Origin: a virus | Lineage: Duplodnaviria; Heunggongvirae; Uroviricota; Caudoviricetes | Length of the DNA stretch: 7,970 nucleotides | IMG/VR virus record: IMGVR_UViG_2698536392_000014 | Location: 1-7,970 of that record | Reading direction: 5' to 3' (one strand) | Shown here: positions 1 to 5,425 of the stretch, piece after piece | Layout: each line of letters opens with the position of its first letter | How positions within the stretch are numbered: the first letter of the stretch is position 1 | Notes under the pieces: generated by a model | Database searches by the model: none | Told to the model about the DNA's origin: nothing | What the model saw: the letters and a program-made list of their open reading frames with translations, nothing else | Program-made: the position numbers and the translations under genes

Positions 1-378
1 CGCATGACAAAAGAGTTGACAGGTAAAACTCTGTTTATGGCGCTCAGGAGCCAGCGCCCACCTGCCGGGATAATCCACCACTCTGATCGAGGTTCACCGT
101 ACTGCGCATACGATTACCTGGTCATACAGGAGCAGTTTGGTCTGAGAACATCAATGTCGCGTAAAGGTAACTGTTACGACAACGCTCCGATGGAAAGCTT
201 CTGGGGAACGCTGAAAAATGAGAGCCTGAGCCACTATCGTTTTAATAACCGGGATGAAGCCATCTCAGTAATACGGGAATACATTGAGATTTTCTACAAT
301 CGTCAGCGTCGTCACTCTCGTCTGGGGAATATCTCCCCGGCAGCCTTCAGGGAAAAATATCATCAGATGGCTGCTTAA
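1..378 (+). CDS. IS3-family transposase OrfB (DDE integrase core), C-terminal 125 codons; 5' end outside window
   Basis: Frame is open from position 1 to TAA at 376-378. The translation (...HHSDRGSPYCAYDY...SMSRKGNCYDNAPMESFWGTLKNE...FYNRQRRHSRLGNISP...) matches, from memory, the C-terminal catalytic region of IS3-group OrfB proteins (compare IS3 InsF ...HTDRGGQYCSADY...[24 protein letters not shown]...YNRWRRHS...). Confidence 0.85.
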   Translation, partial: RMTKELTGKTLFMALRSQRPPAGIIHHSDRGSPYCAYDYLVIQEQFGLRTSMSRKGNCYDNAPMESFWGTLKNESLSHYRFNNRDEAISVIREYIEIFYNRQRRHSRLGNISPAAFREKYHQMAA

Positions 379-395
379 AAAAAGAACAAATGGTA

Positions 396-421
396 GTGTC
401 CGCTATTGCCAGTACACCTCA
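396..421. repeat. putative right terminal inverted repeat of the IS3-family element
   Basis: GTGTCCGCTATTGCCAGTACACCTCA resembles the inverse of the IS3 left end as I recall it (..CAGCAATAGTGGACAC.., terminal TGA/TCA); about 19 of 26 positions agree. The IS3 reference is recalled, not looked up. Confidence 0.4.
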
Positions 422-1482
422 AGAGTGTCAGTTGCGCTCTGATTTGTTCCTTCATCTTCAAACACGCCCTTTGTAGTCAGGTATTCAGTAATGTATTTGT
501 TCAGTGCCACAGGGTCTTTGTGAATGTCGATCGGACGTTCACGGACAAGGCCAAAAATAGTCTGGCGGTCGTAGCGAAGGGCATCAGGCTGTTTGCGCAT
601 TGATGCCGAGATACGCTTCCAGTCTTCGCGGCCGTTGTCGATAACTTCATTTTTTGCCCAGCGATGGATGCTGCCGTCAATGTTTCCGGCATCCACATCA
701 CCAGGCCAGAGAGCGTAGGCCAGTTCGTCATCCAGTGTTTTCCATGTCTGCTTGTATTCGCGATGAATGGCAGCAATGACCGGGCTGATTTTTCCTGTTG
801 AATTTTCAGTGTACTGTTGATTGGCTCTGGCGCGGGCGAGATCAACAACAGACGTGTATTTTCCGGTTTCCTTGCGTTCACCTTCGCGACGTTTTTTCCA
901 GATGCGCATTTCTGTCTGAATTTCGGGCCATTTGGCACCAGGCTTACATTTATGCTTAACCCACCCGATAGCATGCAGCTTAAGCTCCGGATACATGGCG
1001 TTAACTTCTGGCATTTTCATCAACGCTTCAACGATATGTCCGTCGAATGTTGCCATGTCTTCCTGCAACAATTCCTGCGCGCTAATCACCATATCAACGG
1101 TGATGTTTTCACATGTGTCGAACTTAACCATGACAGCGTTCTGTACTTCAGGGGCCAGCTTGTCAAAAGCGACGTTCATCGGATCTGATTCAGTCTCAAC
1201 CGGGACAAAGGAAGCAGACTCCTCATCCCAGCGGTTTTCCTGCATATATTCAGCATCCCAGGAATAGAGGGCAGGGCGGGGTATACCGGGTTTATCCTCG
1301 CAAACAAGAAATTTATAAGCGCAGTCCTGAGCAGCCGGATAATGCTCCAGGAATTGCCAGTGAAATTTTGCGCGGGCGCGACGTTCATCACCGGCTTCAA
1401 TGGCAGTGGCTACAGCGACTGCACCTTCTTCCTTTATTGCCTGTTCGTCCGGAATGGCGGCGCAAATAAAGACTTTACTCAT
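403..1482 (-). CDS. hypothetical protein, 359 aa; 3' end probably truncated or replaced by the IS insertion
   Basis: Long ORF with ATG at 1482 and a GAGG Shine-Dalgarno 9 nt upstream. Several shorter ORFs on both strands inside it look like shadow ORFs. Its last ~6 codons and TAG stop (403-421) lie inside the putative IS terminal repeat. No catalytic motif recognised by eye. Confidence 0.7.
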   Translation of the reverse strand: MSKVFICAAIPDEQAIKEEGAVAVATAIEAGDERRARAKFHWQFLEHYPAAQDCAYKFLVCEDKPGIPRPALYSWDAEYMQENRWDEESASFVPVETESDPMNVAFDKLAPEVQNAVMVKFDTCENITVDMVISAQELLQEDMATFDGHIVEALMKMPEVNAMYPELKLHAIGWVKHKCKPGAKWPEIQTEMRIWKKRREGERKETGKYTSVVDLARARANQQYTENSTGKISPVIAAIHREYKQTWKTLDDELAYALWPGDVDAGNIDGSIHRWAKNEVIDNGREDWKRISASMRKQPDALRYDRQTIFGLVRERPIDIHKDPVALNKYITEYLTTKGVFEDEGTNQSATDTLEVYWQ

Positions 1483-1761
1483 TTTGTTTTACCTCATTAC
1501 AGATTTCAGAGTGAACGAATCCCTGCCATTGCTGGCATTTTTAATCCGTTGGTATGGTGTTAATATGGCTGGAGGGTTATCCAGCCGGTGTTTCGTTATT
1601 CAGGTACAGCGATACTTTTTTTACCGGGAGGCATTCACCAGAAATTTTTTGCTCGTCTCTTGCCTGGAGGCAGGATTCTTTACTGGCATAAATTCCGGTA
1701 ATCACATTCTGTGATTCACCCGTTATAAGAAAAACCGTCATCATCAGTGCAAATGCTGAAG

Positions 1762-1950
1762 TTATTGACGTTCTCCGAAAATACCAAGTTCAAGAAGAGC
1801 AATTCGGGAAAGTATGGAATTATCATTGAGCAGATAAGGCTCATATTTCCTCATATTAATGGCATCTTCAGTAAACTCCCGGTTACTGAGCAGAACACCA
1901 ATATCAAAACAACCTTCAGACGTATTAACGTTTGGTAATAACGTTTCCAT
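1762..1950 (-). CDS. small hypothetical protein, 62 aa (METLLPNVNTSEGCFDIGV...)
   Basis: The ORF track gives 1762..2055 from a GTG; an internal ATG at 1950 is preceded by GAGGA 7 nt upstream and is the more plausible start. Same strand as neighbouring leftward genes. No family recognised. Confidence 0.4.
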   Translation of the reverse strand: METLLPNVNTSEGCFDIGVLLSNREFTEDAINMRKYEPYLLNDNSILSRIALLELGIFGERQ

Positions 1951-2055
1951 TATCGCGTCCTCAACAATGAATTTTGTGATGCGGTGCCTGGTGCCTCCAG
2001 GTGACGTTAACCAGTTAACAATTAACGCCGGATACAGAGAATCCACCCATAACAC

Positions 2056-2518
2056 TGTTTTTGGTTTTAACTGTTCCGCGTGCGCTGAGCCGCATTCACC
2101 GCATCACAAAATTCACTTTAAAAAGGGCGGCAGAGCAGCCACGGAGTAAAACTGATACCGCCAAACGTCACCAGAAAATTGATAACAGAGGGCGTTGCAG
2201 CGGGGTTGTCACTTAAGCGTATGGTCAACCTGACAACCCTGTGTCCTCAACGGGGGAAGGGATAACCCCGCCATACTTACCGCCGCGCCATTTCGCGGAT
2301 TGCCACAACCGGAAGCGCACGGTCGACGAAAATTTAACGACAGGCTATCTATGAACCAGCTACCTCGCCGTGCGCTTTCGCGTTATGGTCTGACTTTTCA
2401 GGGAAATATCCTTTCAGTAAACTGTCAGTGCCGGATGCTCACCCGTGTCCGGCGCACGCACTCCACCTCACCCGTGGAGAACTCCTTAATTACCAACCTT
2501 AGCTTCGTTGGTTAGCTA
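2056..2518. other. ORF-free, hairpin-rich region (about 460 bp) inside the leftward gene arm
   Basis: No ORF with a credible start on the minus strand (checked by hand in three frames). Contains an 11-bp stem (2201-2211 with 2231-2241), two adjacent stem-loops each carrying CTCACCCGTG (2438-2447, 2467-2476) and a 6-bp stem-loop at 2492-2512. Confidence 0.4.
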
Positions 2519-2737
2519 TTAACGCGGGTATGTAATCATTCTGGCAATGCTTAATGCCGCTGCTTTTTCCAGATTGGTGATATCCTGCTCCAGAGCGGAC
2601 AGATTTTCAGCCTGCTTAGCCCTGGCTTCATTGGCCCATTTCAGCTCCTGCGCTGCATTAATTTTCTGGTGCATCCACTCATAAAGTTCATCATCGGTAT
2701 AGTCTGGCGCGATGATGACGGGTTCTCGTTTCTGCAT
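2519..2737 (-). CDS. small hypothetical protein, 72 aa
   Basis: ATG at 2737 preceded by a consensus AAGGAG Shine-Dalgarno 5 nt upstream (reverse complement of CTCCTT at 2743-2748); TAA stop at 2519-2521. Predicted helical and charged. No family recognised. Confidence 0.55.
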   Translation of the reverse strand: MQKREPVIIAPDYTDDELYEWMHQKINAAQELKWANEARAKQAENLSALEQDITNLEKAAALSIARMITYPR

Positions 2738-2828
2738 GTCGGCTCCTTGTGGTTAGCGTTGCCTGCTTTTAACCACGTCAGGCGAGGTGGTATCCTTTGA
2801 GGGTCTGTTACTCGAGAGGAAATTGGTT

Positions 2829-3029
2829 ATGAATACAATCAAGTTTTCTTGCCCAGAATGTGGCGGCGAAGTCTTTGACACATCCTTTAAACCGCATGGC
2901 TCTGACAGTTTCGCGGGAGCCATCTGCAAAAATTGTGGTCACCTTGTAACTGAAGATGAGTCCTCGCAGTTTGATGACGAAATCGTTGACAATATCTTCG
3001 GTGCACTCACCAGAGACTTTCTGAAGTAA
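2829..3029 (+). CDS. small zinc-ribbon protein, 66 aa (CPEC-x22-CKNC)
   Basis: ATG at 2829 with GAGAGGA 8 nt upstream; two CxxC pairs with zinc-ribbon spacing; acidic C-terminal tail; no rare codons. Overlapped codon-on-codon by an antisense ORF (2808..3164), treated here as its shadow. Confidence 0.5.
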   Translation: MNTIKFSCPECGGEVFDTSFKPHGSDSFAGAICKNCGHLVTEDESSQFDDEIVDNIFGALTRDFLK

Positions 3030-3078
3030 AGGCGCATACCGCTTAGTTACCGCTCTGATAATTCTTACCTGTCCGGCA

Positions 3079-3116
3079 ATGGCGCTGATATCAATATAAA
3101 GCGCCATCGCTGTTTC
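3079..3116 (+). terminator. candidate terminator hairpin downstream of the zinc-ribbon gene
   Basis: Perfect 8-bp stem ATGGCGCT (3079-3086) with AGCGCCAT (3100-3107), 13-nt loop, followed by a T-rich tract CGCTGTTTCTTT. The long loop makes it atypical. Confidence 0.35.
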
Positions 3117-3342
3117 TTTGCTGATCCCAGGATGCCTTCCATTCTGATGTTTGACTTCGCCCACTGAGAAATCCTCTGTTTCCCCTTAACGCCGGGGTAG
3201 CGGAACAAAAAACCTGCTGCATAGTTAAACGTAATCCCCGCCGTCATGTTCATACGCCTCAGGCTGGCTACTTAACCCCTGACCACAGCCGGGTAACTCG
3301 AAGTATTGCCCTGCATTCTGTGAAGCGGGGTGGGTTGCAATG

Positions 3343-3371
3343 AATGTAAGAATATTTAGTTTTGTCGTCAA
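3343..3371 (-). promoter_or_regulatory. candidate leftward sigma70 promoter (PL-like) just downstream of the repressor gene
   Basis: On the minus strand: TTGACG (3371..3366), 17-bp spacer, TACATT (3348..3343). Would drive transcription away from the repressor 3' end into the leftward arm. Confidence 0.4.
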
Positions 3372-3372
3372 G

Positions 3373-3395
3373 TTGAATATAAATATTTTTAAGAT
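3373..3395. repeat. copy 1 of the motif TTGAATATAAAT(ATTTTTAAGAT), candidate operator or UP-like element
   Basis: First 12 bp are identical to 4102-4113; lies immediately upstream of the leftward -35. Confidence 0.45.
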
Positions 3396-3440
3396 AAAAG
3401 GCCGACAAAGCCGACCTCTGATTACAGGGCAAAGCGGGAG

Positions 3441-4085
3441 CTAGAGGCTGAACTGAACACCTTTTGCTACAGCAACGATGTTACATTCCGGTGTAAGTAA
3501 GGATGATTGATAGCGTGGGTTAAGGGGGGCTAAGTACACGAGCTTTCCATCAATAACTAATTTTTTTATAGTCATGGATGGTTCGTTTGTGAGTGGATCT
3601 GGGACTATTACTGCGACGATGCTACCATTTTTATATTTTTCGCCAGGCCTCATGATCACTGTGGCTCCAACTGGAATGCTTGGGGATCCTGATGGATTGT
3701 GCATAGTATCATCAGGCATTGAAACGGCAAAATCTCCCTCCTTGACATCAAAGAATGTGGTGATCCTGTCGACATTTCCCATAGTTTTCTCTCCTTTTAA
3801 TATTAGGAAAGAAATCGCTTCTCCCCAAGAAAGGTATGGGATTTGGGTACCTGGATTTTTCTGCACAAGGGATGATTCAGGTGATGATACTCCATACAGG
3901 AGATAGGACTCAGTAGTGCCTAGTGCTAGGGCTAATTTACTAAGAGCTTTGCTACCTGGTTCGTTTAGATCTTTCTCCCAGTATCCTATTGTTACCCCAG
4001 TTACGCCAGAAAGCTTGCCAAGTTCAACTTGGGTCAGACCTTTGTCTTTTCTGAGTTTCTTAAGCCTAATGCCAAGGCTTTCCAT
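3441..4085 (-). CDS. LexA/cI-type phage repressor (N-terminal HTH, C-terminal S24 autopeptidase domain), 214 aa
   Basis: N-terminal HTH (..KGLTQVELGKLSGVTGVTIGYWE..); C-terminal S24-like region with candidate catalytic Ser (..FAVSMPDD..) and Lys (..TIKKLVIDGKLVYLAP..); GGGAG Shine-Dalgarno 6 nt before ATG at 4085; divergent from a Cro-like gene. Confidence 0.9.
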   Translation of the reverse strand: MESLGIRLKKLRKDKGLTQVELGKLSGVTGVTIGYWEKDLNEPGSKALSKLALALGTTESYLLYGVSSPESSLVQKNPGTQIPYLSWGEAISFLILKGEKTMGNVDRITTFFDVKEGDFAVSMPDDTMHNPSGSPSIPVGATVIMRPGEKYKNGSIVAVIVPDPLTNEPSMTIKKLVIDGKLVYLAPLNPRYQSSLLTPECNIVAVAKGVQFSL

Positions 4086-4101
4086 TATTTTCTCCCGCGA
4101 A

Positions 4102-4123
4102 TTGAATATAAATTATTTTAGAT
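4102..4123. repeat. copy 2 of the motif TTGAATATAAAT(TATTTTAGAT) in the repressor/cro intergenic region
   Basis: Same 12-bp core as 3373-3384, same orientation. Its reverse complement contains a TATATT -10-like hexamer suitable for a PRM-like repressor promoter. Sits just upstream of the rightward -35. Confidence 0.45.
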
Positions 4124-4127
4124 TGTA

Positions 4128-4156
4128 TTGACCTAAAAAAAATTACCCTTTAATCT
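4128..4156 (+). promoter_or_regulatory. candidate rightward sigma70 promoter (PR-like) for the cro-like operon
   Basis: TTGACC (4128-4133), 17-bp spacer, TAATCT (4151-4156); about 30 nt upstream of the cro-like ATG, which has an AAGGGGAG Shine-Dalgarno. An imperfect inverted repeat ATTTTAG...CTAAAA spans the -35. Confidence 0.5.
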
Positions 4157-4184
4157 AAAAATACTTAGTTTTAAGGGGAGCGAA

Positions 4185-4412
4185 ATGCGAGTTGATGAAC
4201 TTGTCCAGTTTTTTGGTTCTGTCCAAAGAGTCGCTGATTTTTATGGGGTAACCCGAGAAGCTATATACATGTGGCGTAAGCGTCCCGGCGAAATAGTTCC
4301 CAAGGGGAGGGCTGCTGAAGCAGTTGCATACTCCAAGGGAAAATTATCGTTGAACCCAGAACTTTACAAAAAGAAGGATAACACCTCGAACGAAAGGAAA
4401 AATGATTCATGA
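4185..4412 (+). CDS. Cro-like HTH regulator (P22 Cro / YdaS-like), 75 aa
   Basis: Divergent from the repressor; strong Shine-Dalgarno; the HTH segment (..FGSVQRVADFYGVTREAIYMWRK..) resembles, from memory, the P22 Cro / YdaS pattern (..FGTQRAVAKALGISDAAVSQWK..). Confidence 0.8.
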   Translation: MRVDELVQFFGSVQRVADFYGVTREAIYMWRKRPGEIVPKGRAAEAVAYSKGKLSLNPELYKKKDNTSNERKNDS

Positions 4413-4705
4413 AAATCAAACATGAACACATCCGCATGGCGATGAATGCCTGGGCATATCCTGATGGTGAGAAAGTGCCTGCAGCTGAAATAGCCCGGAC
4501 TTATTTCGAACTTGGGATGACGTTCCCGGAACTGTACGACGACAGCCATCCGGAAGCCCTGGCCCGTAATACCCAGAAAATTTTCCGCTGGGTGGAGAAG
4601 GATACGCCTGATGCGGTTGAAAAAATTCAGGCGCTGTTACCGGCGATCGAAAAGGCGATGCCGCCTTTGCTGGTGGCCCGTATGCGCAGTCACAGTTCTG
4701 AATAA
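4409..4705 (+). CDS. YdaT-like / CII-analogue small regulator, 98 aa
   Basis: Start overlaps the cro-like stop (ATGA at 4409-4412), with AAAGGA 10 nt upstream. The N-terminus MKIKHEHI... matches my recollection of YdaT-family proteins that follow Cro-like genes in Rac-type prophages. The family assignment is recalled, not verified. Confidence 0.7.
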   Translation: MKIKHEHIRMAMNAWAYPDGEKVPAAEIARTYFELGMTFPELYDDSHPEALARNTQKIFRWVEKDTPDAVEKIQALLPAIEKAMPPLLVARMRSHSSE

Positions 4706-4855
4706 ATGGCTGAACTGCTGAATGATGCACATCCGGAATGGAGTTTAAGAACCTGTGAAAGACGCATTGAGCATTGGCTAAAGGTGGCAGAATTTATTTT
4801 GTACAAACCAATGGTTATGGCTTCTGGTATAGAGAAAAAAGTTATTGCTTTTTGA
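4706..4855 (+). CDS. possible small ORF, 49 aa, coupled to the preceding gene (TAAATG)
   Basis: ATG directly follows the TAA of the YdaT-like gene and ends before the intrinsic terminator; no Shine-Dalgarno of its own. Below the 60-aa cutoff of the ORF track; found by hand translation. Confidence 0.3.
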   Translation: MAELLNDAHPEWSLRTCERRIEHWLKVAEFILYKPMVMASGIEKKVIAF

Positions 4856-4933
4856 CGTAAAAACTGCTTCAATTCCGGTAAGCTTCGCAAAGCTGTACCG
4901 CGAGGCGAATAGCAGACATGGACATTTGAAAGA

Positions 4934-4955
4934 GCCCGCTTTTTGCGGGTTTTTT
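4934..4955 (+). terminator. intrinsic terminator ending the cro-like operon
   Basis: GC stem CCCGC (4935-4939) with GCGGG (4945-4949), 5-nt loop, then six T (4950-4955). Confidence 0.55.
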
Positions 4956-5077
4956 ATGACTGAAAAACGGCACGGGGCGTTAAATGCGCTGGTGGTTGCG
5001 AATACCGGTCTTTCTGCTTACTGGCTTTTTGGACAAGAATTATTGGTATGTCACGTTAACCAAAAGGGAAAAAAGAC

Positions 5078-5275
5078 ATGCTAAAACAGCAGGATATGAC
5101 AGAAACCGCCAGAGTGGTGTTTAATGAATTAAGCGTTACCGACCCGGCGACAGTCGGGGAGATTGCGCAGAATACTTACCTTTCACGCGAACGCTGCCAG
5201 TTAATACTGACCCAGCTTGTTATGGCGGGTCTGGCAGACTATCAGTTCGGTTGTTACAGACGCCTTCCGCAGTGA
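5078..5275 (+). CDS. small winged-helix-like DNA-binding protein, 65 aa; possibly a remnant N-terminal domain of an O-type replication initiator
   Basis: ATG at 5078 with AGGGA 7 nt upstream. The segment ..TVGEIAQNTYLSRERCQLILTQLVMAGL.. resembles, from memory, the lambda O N-terminal region (..LSEITKLPVKRCNEAKLELVRMNII..). Stop is embedded in a terminator. Confidence 0.5.
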   Translation: MLKQQDMTETARVVFNELSVTDPATVGEIAQNTYLSRERCQLILTQLVMAGLADYQFGCYRRLPQ

Positions 5276-5285
5276 AGGCTTTTTT
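5262..5285 (+). terminator. intrinsic terminator overlapping the stop of the 65-aa ORF
   Basis: Stem GCCTTC (5262-5267) with GAAGGC (5274-5279), 6-nt loop, then six T (5280-5285). Confidence 0.6.
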
Positions 5286-5302
5286 ATTTGTGGTAAATGG
5301 GC

Positions 5303-5333
5303 GGCTGGTGGGTGTTAGGGGCACCTACCAGCC
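5303..5333 (+). other. very stable stem-loop in the methyltransferase leader
   Basis: GGCTGGTGGGTG (5303-5314) pairs with CACCTACCAGCC (5322-5333): 12 bp including one G-U pair, 7-nt loop TTAGGGG, no following T tract. Two further hairpins follow at 5375-5393 and 5398-5416. Confidence 0.45.
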
Positions 5334-5425
5334 ATCTGCTCATGCGTTGGGTTCACAAGCAAACCTCAGGCCCACTGCTTTGCGCAAAAGCAGAATGAGC
5401 CTATCAGAGACAGGCTTAATGATCC

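Larger units (their letters stand above)
1..421 (+). mobile_element. IS3-family insertion sequence, right-hand portion only (rest lies left of the window)
   Basis: Contains the 3' part of an IS3-type orfB followed about 43 bp later by a candidate terminal inverted repeat ending in TCA at 421. Exact right boundary is inferred, not proven. Confidence 0.7.

Noticed and set aside
501-1400. ORFs at 501..974 (-), 817..1188 (+), 932..1267 (+) and 1176..1400 (-), all inside the 359-aa gene
   Set aside because: They are nested in or antisense to the longer 403..1482 ORF, have no convincing start signals, and have low-complexity or Cys/Ser-rich translations; likely shadow ORFs.
1342-1714. Plus-strand ORFs 1342..1563 and 1400..1714
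   Set aside because: They overlap the start and upstream region of the minus-strand 359-aa gene, have no ribosome-binding site, and their translations are hydrophobic and Phe-rich without domain character.
1747-2149. Plus-strand ORFs 1747..1938 and 1859..2149, and the GTG-initiated extension 1951..2055 of the minus-strand ORF
   Set aside because: The plus-strand ORFs are antisense to the better-supported 62-aa minus-strand ORF. The 1762..2055 ORF begins with GTG and no ribosome-binding site, whereas the internal ATG at 1950 has one.
2300-2515. Plus-strand ORF of 71 aa
   Set aside because: Arg-rich, low-complexity translation with no ribosome-binding site, lying in the hairpin-rich non-coding region; more likely non-coding.
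3041-3060. CGCTCTGA resembling the boxA element of a nut antitermination site
   Set aside because: It is on the wrong strand for the leftward operon, has one mismatch, and no adjacent boxB hairpin; the same 8-mer also occurs at 435-442 inside a coding region.
2808-3164. Minus-strand 118-codon ORF antisense to the zinc-ribbon gene
   Set aside because: It is in exact antisense codon register with the zinc-ribbon ORF, which explains its openness, and contains several rare Arg codons. Kept as an alternative in the findings because it has a good ribosome-binding site and lies downstream of the PL-like promoter.
3065-3253. Minus-strand 62-aa ORF (MNMTAGITF...)
   Set aside because: Rich in rare codons (AGG, AGA, ATA, CGA), ribosome-binding site too close to the ATG, and it overlaps the candidate terminator hairpin. 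Not excluded, because it is the first ORF after the PL-like promoter.
3574-4131. Plus-strand ORFs 3574..3906 and 3916..4131
   Set aside because: They are antisense to the well-supported repressor gene and have no start signals.
4364-4890. Minus-strand ORFs 4364..4549, 4416..4730 and 4690..4890
   Set aside because: They are antisense to the cro-like and YdaT-like genes, with Pro/Ser-rich translations and no ribosome-binding sites.
4845-5084. Plus-strand ORF 4845..5084, including an internal 42-codon ORF from ATG 4956
   Set aside because: It spans the intrinsic terminator, the ATG at 4956 lies inside the terminator T tract with no ribosome-binding site, and it overlaps the start of the 65-aa ORF.
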